Assembly: GCA_036172245.1 (NCBI GenBank) | Contig: JAYWIR010000018.1 | Coordinates: 2,976,001-3,040,000 of the forward strand | DNA length: 64,000 nucleotides | Reading direction: 5' to 3' | From: Raillietiella orientalis | Lineage: Eukaryota | Part shown: positions 27,546 to 39,042 of the stretch, one piece after another | Layout of the letters: each line of letters opens with the position of its first letter | Position numbering within the stretch: position 1 is the stretch's first letter | The notes under the pieces: generated by a model | Seen by the model: only the letters and a program-made list of their open reading frames with translations | Told to the model about the DNA's origin: nothing | The model's database searches: none | Made by a program: the position numbers and the translations under genes

Positions 27546-28085
27546 GAGCCACACAACACCAGACCTGCCGGGACGCTGGGACGCAGCCCGGCGTGGCAGT
27601 TCTCGGCAGTGAAAGTGGATGGGGGAAAAACAAAAAGAAAAGTAAACCAGTAAAAAAAAAGAAGCTGTTTTTGGAGGGAAGGGATGGGATCACAGTTCAC
27701 TGGGAGGAGGGTGCATCCTTAGTAGGATACCCTCGAGGTCCTCCTTCAATATTCCCAGCTGGGGCCATCCAATAGCTCTCCGCAGGAAGCGAACAGCATA
27801 TGGGATGACGTCCATTACGGTGGGATCTTTATCTTCGGCATTACTCCAGTCCGCCACGATATCACGGATGCATCAAAGTGCTGCGAGGGCTGCGGCTGCA
27901 CTGAGGGGGTCCCGCACGAAGAGAAGACTGTAAACATTCCTGGGGTTGCCCCCTTCCGGTATTCCGAGGGCCGTTCCAAGACGATCCCAAAGCATCCGGA
28001 CGGCAGGGCAGTCAACTAGGAGGTGGGGGAGCGACTCCCGCTCCCCACACCTGGCACACGCAGGATTTACTCTTCCCCGCGACTA
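27546..28085 (-). mobile_element. 3' fragment of an L1/Tx1-like element (element E: C-terminal CCHC region and 3' UTR)
   Basis: Minus strand reads RGRVNPACARCGERESLPHLLVDCPAVRMLWDRLGTALGI, then a pyrimidine-rich UTR and the family stem-loop. The terminal AATAAA and hairpin are missing. Confidence 0.85.
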
Positions 28086-28168
28086 ATTAACGCGTCGCGC
28101 CATGGTTCGGATGGTCGGGTGATGGAGGGAGCCCTTGCGGTCGCTGTCGACTCGCGCAAAGCTTTCGA

Positions 28169-31100
28169 TTTTCACCCGGATTTCTCCGGGTCGTTTATTA
28201 AAAAATAAACTTTATAAAGAAATTATTTATGGCTGTGGCAATGCTCCAGCCAGAAGCGAAGAACCACGTAGCCTGCCAATTCACCGGTTTCTAGACCGGT
28301 ACGGTCCACCAAGGCAGCAGGGGAAAGGGGAAAAACAAAAAACTAAACAAAAAGAAACAAAGGGTGGGAGGGAACGGGAAGGGATCACTGATGCTGCTGG
28401 TGCCGCATCATCCCTCTCAGGATGCTGGCAAGCTCTTGTTTGTTGTGAACATCCAGGTGGGGCCATCGCGACGCCCTCCTCAGGAATTCGGAGGCGCACT
28501 GGATGGCTTCCTGATCGCTAGGTCCTCCCGTCGCCGTGCTCCATGCGGCGACGATCCCACGAAGGCAGCACAAGGCTGCTATCGAGGACGCTGGCCGGAG
28601 GGCGTCGGCAACGAAGAAGGCTTTTAGTGCGTCCCTGGGGTTGCTGCAAGGGATACCGATGGCCGCGGCAAAGCGGAACCAAAGGGGCCGAAGGGCAACA
28701 CAATCCACTAGGAGGTGGGGGAGGGACTCCCGTTCCCCGCACCTTACACAATTGGGATCCACCGCTCCCCAGGTCCAGTGGTGTCGACGGGCGTTGCAGG
28801 GGAGTCCCCAGTGCTGCAACAGGAATGCCGACTCTTGCCATTTTAGGGGGAGGATGGAAGTGTTCATAAGAATCGGGGGCCACTTCAGATGTTCAATCGG
28901 AACATCCAGCAGCGCTCCCCAGCGCAGAAGTCCATTAGGAGGCGTACTCGGGGTCGCAGCATCAGTTAGCTGGCCCGTCTTCCACTCTCTCTGCTTCTTC
29001 TCCTTCCCGGAGATTTTTATTGTAACCTCCCACTTTGCCGCAACATCGCTGTCCTGATGTTCCACTAGGGAGTCCAGCGCAGCAGCGAGGGGGGTTCTTC
29101 CTGACCACACTCTCTTCTTAGGATCCTCCAGGATCTCACGGAGCGTGCAACTTCTGTAACACCCAAACAGGAACCTTCGTTCCTGATGGGAGGGTTGCAT
29201 GCCGAACTGTCCCCACGTGCGAACGGTTTCCTGCAACCAGGCACTACCGTTCGCGGGGAGACAGGTGATCCATCCTTGATTTTTCCTTGCCAGCGCAGCC
29301 ACCCTCCGTAGCTGAAGCCCACATCGGTTGATGCGGCGGCGATGGAGTGCAAGAAACGACGTAAGTCCCGTCTTGCCGGTGGCTTGCTGAAGGAGGAGAC
29401 GTGCAGGGACGCACCAACAGGTGCACCACAACTCCGGCACAAGTGCCAAAATCCGGAACTGGAGCTGCAGCTCCAGCCGCTCCAATGTCAGGAGGCCGAG
29501 ACCACCGTCCCGACGCGGAGCGCACAAGTCCTTTAAGCGGACTCGGGCCCTCCCGTTGCCCCAAAGGGCGATACGGAGGAGGTCCTTCGTCCGCTTTTTG
29601 ATCCTCTCTGTGGGGGGGCAAACAAAAAGCAGGGAACGGAGGAGAGGAGCCGCGAACGTGTTCCAAACCGCGGCCCGTTCAGGCAGGAAAAACCTGCCGC
29701 CTCGGAACGGGCCGATAGCCGTCTCTACTTTTTGAAGGCAGCCGGACCACGCTTCCGCAGGGGAGTAGTCCCCCAACGGCACACCAAGGTACTTGAAGTA
29801 CCTCACCGTGGGGATTCCCAAACGGACCCAGTCCTGCTGCCCTGCCCACGCCGCACCAACTGGCATCACGCACGACTTCGCCCTGTTCACCGTGAGCCCG
29901 GTTCCTCGATTCAGCAGGTCGAAGAACTTCTCGACCGCCGAAGCCGGGGTGGACATAGGGAGCAGTAGCAGCAGGTCGTCCGCATATGCTGAAACCGCAG
30001 GCGTTCCGGCGCATTCATGCGGCAGGTGCGCCAGAGTTTCCTTGCACGCTTTCAGTACCAACTCAAAGTAGGTACTGAAGAGCAAGGGGCTCAGGCTGTC
30101 TCCTTGCCGGATCCCACGTCGCACCGGCACGCCGTGAACAGTATGCCCGCTGAAAGTAACATTGATTTGCGCATCGCGCCAGCTAGAGCGCAGATAGGCC
30201 AATAATGAGGCCGGGAAGCCCAAGCGTTCCAAAAGCTCCAGCAGGAGATTCTGGTCGACGCTGTCGAATGCTTTACGCAAGTCGACAGCGACCGCAAGTG
30301 CTCCCTCCCCCATCCGACCATCCGTCGCATGACTGACGGACTCACCGGAATTCCCGGTGCGCATCAAGCCCCTGTCGTGTTGGAGCTCTAGCCAGGTGGA
30401 AGCGTGGAACAGGTTCGCCTCCATGCTTCGCCCCGGAACAGCATACTTCTGTTCCGGGCTGATGAAGGCGTTTGCAACCCGTCCCAAGCGCTCAGCCCAA
30501 ACCTTAGCTATCAACTTGGCATCCGCATTCACTATTGTGATGGGACGCCAGTTGTTCATGCTCCTCAGATCTCCTCCCTTAGGGAGAAGCCGCACCTTTG
30601 CCGAACGAAACGAGGCGGGAACGTCACCTGTCTCGCGTATCAGCAAGGTGAGTTGATGTACCATGGGGGTAAGCTCAGCCGCGAAAGTTTGGTAAAACTC
30701 CGCGGACAGGCCGTCCTCCCCTGGAGCCTTGCGCCTCTTGAGCTTTCCGATGGCCGAGATGATCTCGCCCATCGTGAAAGGCTCGTCGAGGGACTTTTTC
30801 TCCTCTTCCCCGATCGCAGGAGCGCCTTCCGGAAGCAGGAGTCGTGAGAAATCCCGCTCGGGAGGCGTTCTTGCGTACAGGGAGGAGTAAAAACGCCGCA
30901 GCGGACCGCGGATCTGAGCGGGTGCCGAATGCTCCTGGCCCTGATCGTCCAGCAAGCTGGCCGATCCTGACTTCCAGGCTTGCCTCTCGGCTCCCGCTTT
31001 GTATTCCGCCAGCCTGCGGATGTCGGGGGTCCTGGCGTAACGGCGAGCCTGCAGATAGGCTCGTTCGTTACGTACCCCGTCCCCAAATCCCGAAGGTAGG

Positions 31101-31399
31101 CGGTGCCGAGGGAACTGGTCGCAGGACTCCTGGACCGACCGTTTGAAGCGGTCCCAATCCTGAAGTGTCTGCATCCTGAAGCTCCGTATAAACGTGCGGA
31201 GATGTTCCGTCGCGTCCGGGAGCTTCAGCCAGTCCCCTGGCAAACGCCACGCTGACGAGGGGGGGCCCTTGTCGCGCGGAAGGATTTCAATCACGATTGG
31301 TCGATGGTCGGACAACTCGCACGGTAACTTGCAGCGCCTACCCACACGAGTGCATAGGTGCTCGTCAAAGAACACGTGATCGATGTTGTCCTCCATTCC
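28169..31399 (-). mobile_element. L1/Tx1-like element B (5'-truncated, uninterrupted ORF2 remnant) inserted antisense into element C
   Basis: 9-bp TSD agctttcga at 28160-28168 and 31400-31408. 3' end on the minus strand is aataaacgacccggagaaatccgggtgaaaa. Confidence 0.95.
28385..31396 (-). CDS. ORF2 remnant of element B: end of APE endonuclease, reverse transcriptase, C-terminal CCHC finger (1003 aa)
   Basis: IDHVF...SDH, KAPGEDG, WRPITIVNADAK, VDLRKAFD, GIRQGDSLSPLLF, YADD, FKYLG and CVRCGERESLPHLLVDC, with no internal stop. Confidence 0.93.
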   Translation of the reverse strand: MEDNIDHVFFDEHLCTRVGRRCKLPCELSDHRPIVIEILPRDKGPPSSAWRLPGDWLKLPDATEHLRTFIRSFRMQTLQDWDRFKRSVQESCDQFPRHRLPSGFGDGVRNERAYLQARRYARTPDIRRLAEYKAGAERQAWKSGSASLLDDQGQEHSAPAQIRGPLRRFYSSLYARTPPERDFSRLLLPEGAPAIGEEEKKSLDEPFTMGEIISAIGKLKRRKAPGEDGLSAEFYQTFAAELTPMVHQLTLLIRETGDVPASFRSAKVRLLPKGGDLRSMNNWRPITIVNADAKLIAKVWAERLGRVANAFISPEQKYAVPGRSMEANLFHASTWLELQHDRGLMRTGNSGESVSHATDGRMGEGALAVAVDLRKAFDSVDQNLLLELLERLGFPASLLAYLRSSWRDAQINVTFSGHTVHGVPVRRGIRQGDSLSPLLFSTYFELVLKACKETLAHLPHECAGTPAVSAYADDLLLLLPMSTPASAVEKFFDLLNRGTGLTVNRAKSCVMPVGAAWAGQQDWVRLGIPTVRYFKYLGVPLGDYSPAEAWSGCLQKVETAIGPFRGGRFFLPERAAVWNTFAAPLLRSLLFVCPPTERIKKRTKDLLRIALWGNGRARVRLKDLCAPRRDGGLGLLTLERLELQLQFRILALVPELWCTCWCVPARLLLQQATGKTGLTSFLALHRRRINRCGLQLRRVAALARKNQGWITCLPANGSAWLQETVRTWGQFGMQPSHQERRFLFGCYRSCTLREILEDPKKRVWSGRTPLAAALDSLVEHQDSDVAAKWEVTIKISGKEKKQREWKTGQLTDAATPSTPPNGLLRWGALLDVPIEHLKWPPILMNTSILPLKWQESAFLLQHWGLPCNARRHHWTWGAVDPNCVRCGERESLPHLLVDCVALRPLWFRFAAAIGIPCSNPRDALKAFFVADALRPASSIAALCCLRGIVAAWSTATGGPSDQEAIQCASEFLRRASRWPHLDVHNKQELASILRGMMRHQQHQ

Positions 31400-33291
31400 A
31401 GCTTTCGACTGCGTCGACCAGGAACTCCTTCTGGAGCTTCTGGAGCGCTTGGAATTTCCGGCCGTCTTCCTGGCCTACCTGCGCTCCAGCTGGAGCGACG
31501 CGATAATCAACCTTTCTCTCAGCGGGCAGTCCGTGTACGGCGTGCCGGTGCGGCGTGGGATACGGCAGGGAGACAGCCTGAGCCGTTTACTCTTCAGTAC
31601 CTACTTTGAGTTGGTACTGAAAGCGTATAGGGAAGCTCTGGCGCACCTGCCGCACGACTGTGCCGGTACGCCGGCCGTTTCAGCGTACGCGGACGACCTT
31701 CTGCTGCTGCTCCCTATGTCCACCCCGGCTTCGGCGGTCGAGGAGTTCTACGACCTGCTGAATCGGGGAACCGGACTTACGGTGAACAGGGCGAAGTCGT
31801 AAGTAATGCCAGTTGGTGCGGCGTGGGCAGGGCAGCAGGACTGGGTCCGTTTGCGGATCCCCACGGTGAGGTACTTCAAGTACCTTGGTGTGCCGTTGGG
31901 GGACTATTCCCCTGCGGAAGCGTGGTCCGGCTGCCTCCAGAAAGCAGAGACGGCGGTCTCGGTCTCCTGACATTGGAGTGGCTGGAGCTTCAGCTCCAGT
32001 TCCGGATGTTGGCCGTTGTGCCGGAGTTGTGGTGCGCCTGCTGGTGCGTCCCTGCACGTATCCTCGTCAAGAAATCCACCGGGAAGACGGGACTCACGTC
32101 CTTTCTTTCACTCCATCGCTCCCGCATCAATCGATGTGGGCTCCAGCTGCGGAGGGTGGCTGCCTTGGTTCGGAAAAACCACGGATGGATCACCTGTCGC
32201 CCCGCGAACGGTAGTGCCTGGTTGCAGAAACCGTTTGCACGTGGACACAGTGCGGCATGCAACGCGCCCAACAGGAACGACGGTTCCTGTTTAGGTGCTA
32301 CAGAAGTTGCACGCTCCGAGAGATCCTGGAGGATCTAAAGAAGAGAGCGTGGTCAGGAAGAACCCCCCTCGCTGCTGCGCTGGCCTCCCTAGTGGAAGAT
32401 CAGGACAGCGATGTTGCGGCGAAGTGGGAGGTTAATGTAACCATCTCCGGTAAGGAGAAGAAGCAGGGAGAGTGGAAGACGGGCCAGTTAACAGACGCTG
32501 CGACCCCAAGTACGCCTCCCAATGGACTTCTGCGCTGGGGCGCGCTGCTCGATGTTCCGATTGAACATTTGAAGTGGCCCCCAGTGCTCATGAACACTTC
32601 CGCCCTCCCCTTAAAATGGCAGGAGTCGGCTCTACTGTTGCAGCATCGGGGACTTTCCTGCAACACCCGCCGACACTACTGGACCTGGGGAGCGGTGGAC
32701 CCCAATTGTGTAAGGTGTGGGAGACGGGAGTCCCTCCCCCACCTGCTTGTGGATTGTGTTGCCCTTCGGCCCCTTTGGTTCCGCTTTGCCGCGGCCATCG
32801 GAATCTCCTGCGGCAACCCCAGGGACGCATTGAAAGCCCTCTTCGTTGCCGACGCCCTTCGGCCAGCGGCCCCGATAGCAGCCTTGTGCTGCCTACGCGG
32901 GATCGTCGCCGCATGGAGCACGGCTACGGGAGGATGACGCGATAAGGATGCCATCCAGGGCGCTGCCCAATTCCTGAGGAGGGCGTCGCGATGGCCCCAC
33001 CTGGATCCGCGAATACAAGAAGAGCTTGCCGGCATCCTGAGAAGGATGCAACGGCCCCAGCAGCAACAGTGATCCCTTCCCGTACCCTCCCACTCTTTTT
33101 TTTTTTTTGTTTAGTTTTTTTTGTTTTTCCCCCTTCCCCCTGCTGCCACGGTGGACCGTACCGGTCTGCGAACCGGTGACCCGGCAAGCTCTGTGTTTCT
33201 TCGTGAGTGGCTGGGGCATTGGTCCAGACACTGCACGTCTTTGTAAAAGTTTATTGTTTCAATAAACGCCCCGGCGGAATCCGGGTGAAAA

Positions 33292-33559
33292 TCGAAAGCT
33301 TTACGCAAGTCGACTGCGACCGCAAGGACTCCGAGCGTCACTGCTCCCCATCGGCCTCCCTCCCCCCGTTCAGTAAACAGTCCACGACTCTCTCGACCTA
33401 GCTGAGCCTCGCGTTTTTGCAACTGCCGCAAGCTGCTGGCGAGAAACAGGTTGGTCTCCATGGGTCGTCCGGGGACAGCGTAAGTCAGTTCCGGACTGCC
33501 CACGGATTCCGCCACCCATCCCAGTCGCTCAGCCCAAAGCTTGGCGAGCACCTTCGCGT
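33292..33559 (-). mobile_element. Internal RT fragment of host element E
   Basis: AKVLAKLWAERLG...YAVPGRPMETNLF...LAVAVDLRKAF, cut at the 3' end of element C. Confidence 0.85.
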
Positions 33560-36500
33560 GCAGACGTGTTTTGTTAGCGCTCCGTCTGCGCCTGCTGGGA
33601 AGCCTACATTTGAGTGTGTTTGTTTGTGGTACATAGTCGGTGTCCTATGGCAGGAATGCCTGAGGACACTGCGATGGATATCGGAGGGGGAGAGGCTTGT
33701 TCCTCTCCCCAGCCCACGGAAGTGGGGGCGACCGCCCCCACGGAGGCGAGGCCAACCGCCCCCTTGAAAAAGGGGGCAACTGTGTCCTCGGATACGTCTT
33801 CGACAACGACGAAGACCTGGAGCGCCGTGGCTGCAGCGCCATCACCTGCAGCCATAGCAGAGCAACATGCCTACCTGGAACAAGGATACAAGCCGTCCTT
33901 GATTTATAAGGTAGGCAATTTGTTTGTGGGCAATACCGCTTGCAACTTTGAAAGAGACATGCAGTGGCTTAACATTAAGGAGGAGGACCTGGAAGGTCTT
34001 TCCTTGATGAGTGGGTGTCAGCGGGTGGAGCTGACTTGCAAAGATGCAAGCCTGGCTCAGCGCCTGCTCAATACCCCCATCACGCTGGGAGGCCGAAAGG
34101 TCTTTCCGGTAACTGAGGATCGCTCTATAGTGGCGCACCTTACCGGAGTAACTCTCCGCATGACCAAAACTGGCGTGCAGGAGGAGTTGAAGAAGTACGT
34201 CATGGTGGACGCACTCTGGACCAAGCCCAACGTCTTCCAAACCTATGGAAGACTGTTCAGTGGCATGACCGCAGCGCGTGTGACCGTCCACGAAAACGGT
34301 GGGCTACCCCACAAACTGGACGTCGGCAACGAGACGGTCGACGTCTAGTACGTGAGTAAACCCAAGTACTGTGGAAACTGTGATGCCACAGGGCACCTGA
34401 AAAAAACGGTGCCCTCACATCCAGTGCTTCCACTGGGGGGAGAAGGGCCACCTCCGGAAAGTGTGCCCAAAGCGCGAAACTCCGGCTCCCCCTGCTTTGA
34501 AAAAAGCTAAGGGGAAACGCGCGGAAAAAATGCAGAAGCCCAAAGAGGCAGAAGGAAGGCAAAGTCAAAAGCCAGAGCCCGAAACCTCCCAGCAAACGCC
34601 GGTCGAGAAAACTCCCGACGACGCTGGTGGAAACAGGGGCTGGCGGACGGCGAAGCCAAAAAATAAAAAACTTAAGAAAACCGAAGGCCCGAAAGAGGAG
34701 CCCGCGACGACTCCCTTAAATAGGAGACAGCGCCGCGCATTGCTCCGCGAATGTTCGATCGCCTTGGAGCGCGTAGAGGTCCCAGAGACCGCCAACGGGG
34801 GAGATATCCCCCGCCTCGTTGTCGTCGAAGCCGCGATCACCGAAAGCGAACCCTCTGTGCAAACAGAAGAGGAACTGTGCGACGTGCTCTCCGCAATCGA
34901 GGACGCCGCCTTCCAACAGGCAGCGGAAGAACTCGCGGCCGAACTCGCCGGCCGTGAGAACGGCGCGCGAAAGGCCTTGCGAAGGCCGGCCGCGACCAGG
35001 GCACCTCCGACAGGTGACCACGACCCGGATGCCGGAAGTGCGTCCTCTTCCACGGAGGCGCCTCCCAAGAAGACAGGGCGGAAGTCCAAGAATCCAAAGA
35101 GGCGCATCCCTACGAAGAAGGAGGGGGACGCACCGGCAGCCGAGGGGGAAGCCGGCAGCGTGGGAACGGAGAGAGGGAAATTCCCACTCCCCGCGACCGA
35201 GTAGCTGGCCACCCCCATGGAGGAGGGAGAACCGGTGCACGATGCACCCCCTTCTCCATCCGTCCCGCCCGACCAGGCGGCGGGAGCCTCCTTGCCACAA
35301 TCCCAGGAATAACACCTGGGCTCGCCTGTCGCCGTCGGATACGCGTAGCCTGCTGGAATGTCAACGGGCTAAGCGACGACGGCAACAGACGGGACACAGC
35401 CGCCACCCTGCGTGACTTCGACCTGGCACTCCTGCAGGAGATCGAGAGGATCGCAGGGGGACGGTTGCTGTGGAATGCGGCACCCGATACACCTGCGGCG
35501 TCGAGTTTCTCATGAAGCCGGCGGTCGGCGCTGCCGTGAAGGGCGTGCGCTTCGACGAAGCCGGTTGTGTCGGCCAGCTGATTCTTAAGTGGTCCGACAC
35601 GATCGACCTCGTCGTAACAAACGTGTATGCCCCGAGCGGTCCAGCCAGGTACCAGGAACGTGCGGCGTTCCTGGAAACCCTGGCTGGTGGAAGCGAGCGT
35701 GCGCAGGGCTCACCTGATAGCGGGAGACTTCAATCTCCACCTGCTATCAGGTGATCCCCGCGCACAGGAACGGACGGCTAACGAGTTGTGCGCTGCCATG
35801 CGCACGCGCAACTTGTTAGGGGATCTCCCGGAAATGGTTAGCAGCATCGACCACGTCTTCCTGGATGTCGACCTGTGTTCACGGGTCGGCAAACGGGGGA
35901 AAGTTGCGTCGGAGCTGTCTGACCATTTCCGGTTAATATTCGAGGTGTGCCCGCGCGATAAGGGCCCCCCATCCAGGGCGTGGCGGCTGCCAGGGGACTG
36001 GACGCGACTCTCAGGTGCGAAAGAACACCTTCGCGAATTCCTGAGAGGCGTCACCTTCCGGAATCTCAACGATTGGGACCTTTTTAAGGCCCCGGTCCGC
36101 GAGTTCTGCGAGGAGTTCCCCTTGCACCGCCTGCCCCCCGGATTTGAGGAGGGAGTCCGTAACGAAAGGGCGTATTTGTTTGCCCGTCGTTACGCGAGGA
36201 CCCCCAACGTCCGTCGCCTGGCAGAGTACCGAGCCGGGGCCGAACGCCAAGCCTGGCAACCCGGTCGGCCAGCTTGCTGGACGACCAGGGCCGGGAGCAC
36301 TCGGTCCCGGCTGCAATACGGCACCTCGTGCGGAGATTTTGTTCCTCCCCTTACGCCAGGGACCCCCCGGAGCGAGACGCCTCCCGGAGCTTGCTTCCGG
36401 ATGGTGCCCCGGCAATGGAGGAGGAGGAGAAGGAAAGCCTCGACGAGCCTTTTACCACCGGCGAAATTCTCGCCGATATCAAAAGGCTCAAGAGTCGTAA

Positions 36501-39042
36501 GGCGCCAGGGGAGGACGGCCTGCCCGCGGAGTTCTTCCAGTGCTTCGCGGAAGAGCTGACTCCCCTGGTGCTCGAGTTGACACGGCTGATCCGAAACGAA
36601 GGCGATGTTCCCGCCTCGTTTCGATCAGCCAGGGTGAGGCTCCTTCCCAAGGGAGGAGACCTCAGAAAACTCAGCAACTGGCGTCCGATCACAATTGTGA
36701 ATACGGACGCCAAGCTGATCGCCGGACTGTGGACGTCGCGATTGGGGCAGGTGGCAGACACCATAATTAGCCTGGAGCAGACTTACACTGTTCCCGGGCG
36801 AAGTATGGAGGCCAACCTCTTCGCGAGCACATGGTTTCATGTGCAGAGATGCGAAAATAAGAAAGAGGGAATGATTGGCAGCCCCACTTTGGGGCGTCAG
36901 CCGGGCAGGGATGGCACACCTAGGCGGGGAAGGGGGCCCTAGCGATCGCGGTAGATCTGCACAAAGTGTTCGACTGCGTGGACCAGGATCTCCTGCTGGA
37001 GCTCCTGGATCGCATGGGCTTTCCACCCTCCCTACTGACCTTCTTGCGCTCTTGCTGGCGCAGCGCGCTAATTAATATCTCTTTCAGAGGTCAAATAGCG
37101 TACGGCGTGCCGGTACGGCGGGGCATACGGCGGGGCATACGGCGGGGCGATAGCCTGAGTCCCCTGCTCTTTAGCACCTACTTCGAGTTGGTGCTGAGAG
37201 CGTATAGGGTGACTTTGGCCCCCTTGCCGAGCTCGTGCCCCGGCACGCCCGCCGTAGCAGCTTATGCTGACGATCTTCTGCTCTTGTTGCCAATGTCCAC
37301 CCCGGCAAAGGCAGTTGGGGAATTCTTCGACCTGCTTAGCCGCGGGACCGGACTGCAGGTAAACACGGCCAAGTCGTCGGTGGTGCCAGTTCGTGCGGCG
37401 TGGTCAGGGCAGCAGGACTGGGTCCGTTTGGGGACTATTCCCCTTCGGAAGCGTGGTCCGGCTGCCTCCAAAAAGTTGAGACGGCGATCGGCCCGTTCTT
37501 GGAAGACAAGTTTCTCCTTCCGGAACGGGCCGCGGTGTGGAACGCGTTCGCGGCTCCCATCCTCCGCCCCTTGCTTTTTGTTTGCCCCGTCCCGCCCCAG
37601 TTGAAGAAACGGACAAAGGACCTCCTGAGAATTGCCCTTTGGGGAAGAGGGAGGCCCCGAGTCCCGTTGAAGGACTTGTGTACTCCGTGTCGGGATGGCG
37701 GTCTCGGCCTCTCGACACTGGAGCGAGTGGAGATTCAGCTGCGATGCCGCACCCTGGCCATCGCAGCGAAGTTATGGAGCACCCCATGGTGCGTTCCGGC
37801 CCGCCTCCTTGCCAACCATGTATCCGGGATGGAAGGTTTCGCGTCGCATCTTCTGTGCCGTGGCCCGAAGATCAAGAGATGAGGTCTTCTCCTGGGACGC
37901 ATGGCAAGTCTGGCTAACAAAAACGGCTGGATGGTATGCAGGCCCGCCAACTCCGTATGGCTGGAGGAGACAACTGGCACGTGGGCGAAGATCAACGAGA
38001 AGAGCCACGAGAAGTGGAACTGCCTGCGACACGGCTCTTCGCCCGCTGCACTCTGCGGAAGATATTAGAATGTAGCTCAAGGAGCACGTGGGCAGAGACA
38101 ACCCCACTAGCTACGGCGATGCCCTTTCTGAGGAGGGCGCTCACCAGCAGCCGCATGCCTAGGTGGCAAGTCTCCTGCCGTATCGCAGGCAGAGAGAAAC
38201 TGATGAGCGGCTGGACTACGGGGCAGCTGGCTGACGCCACGACCCGAAGTGTCCTCCCGCGCGGACTAATGAGAAGGGGCGAGCTGCTAGGCATCCCTAC
38301 GGATGACCTGAAGTGGCCCCCGGTATTCATTGGCTCGAGGATCCTCCCCCTGAAGTGGCAGGAGTCGGCGCTTCTGTTGTTGCATTGGGGCCTACCCTGC
38401 AACGCACGCCGCCACCACTGGACACGGGGTCGAGTGAATCCCGCCTGCATCAGGTGCGGGGAGCTGGAATCCCTCCTCCACCTCCTTGTTGATTGTGCTG
38501 CCCTCCGACCCTTGTCGGAGGGCAGCACAGGGAATTCCCTGTGGGAACGTCTTGGTACCTCCCTACGGATCCAGGTGGGCAGCCAGCCCAAAGACGTTTT
38601 TCGGCTTCTGTTCGTGCAGGACGCCCTGCGACCAGCCGCAGCCCTGGAGGCACTCTGCTGCATCTTAGGGATTGTGACGTGCTGGAGCGACGTGAAAAGA
38701 CCGAGCCACGATAAGGATGCCGTCGAACTTGCAATCTGCTACCTGGCGATTGCGACCAGATGGCCCCACTCGGGAATTATACCGACGGACCACGAGGGAA
38801 TCCTGGAAAGGATGGATTCTCCTCGCAACACAAAGTGATCCCTTCCACACCCTCCCAAATCTTTTTGTTTTTCTGTTTAATTTTTCTTTTTGTTTCCCCC
38901 ACCCCTTCCGCAGCCGAGGGGAGTCGCGCCGGTCTGCGTACCGGCGACCCGGCAGGTCCTGTTGTGTTGGCCGTAGTGGGACCTAGTACCTCGAATTATA
39001 GTGACTTTATAATAAACGCCTCGGCGTGACCGGGTGGCAACT
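33560..39042 (+). mobile_element. Near full-length but decayed L1/Tx1-like element D (ORF1 with zinc knuckles; ORF2 APE-RT-CCHC)
   Basis: ORF1 ~33647-35204 carries two CCHC-like knuckles (CGNCDATGHLKK.C and CFHWGEKGHLRKVC) with a stop and a frameshift. ORF2 runs from IRVACWNVNGL (~35340) through LLQE, NVYAP, GDFN, SDH and YADD to 38838, with several frameshifts. 3' end aataaacgcctcggcgtgaccgggtg. Degenerate 13-bp TSD agcaccttcgcgt / agcaacttcccgt. Confidence 0.92.

Larger units (their letters stand above)
28086..33291 (+). mobile_element. L1/Tx1-like element C (5'-truncated in RT, decayed), interrupted by element B at 28169-31399
   Basis: 28086-28168 encodes ...EGALAVAVDSRKAF and 31400 resumes AFDCVDQELLLELL...YADD...CVRCGRRESLPHLLVDC. 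It ends aataaacgccccggcggaatccgggtgaaaa at 33291. Confidence 0.9.

Noticed and set aside
28169..33291. Inverted repeats suggesting a DIRS, foldback or LTR-type element
   Set aside because: No tyrosine recombinase, RNase H, integrase or LTR seen. The inversion is explained by antisense nesting of two non-LTR copies with a TSD.
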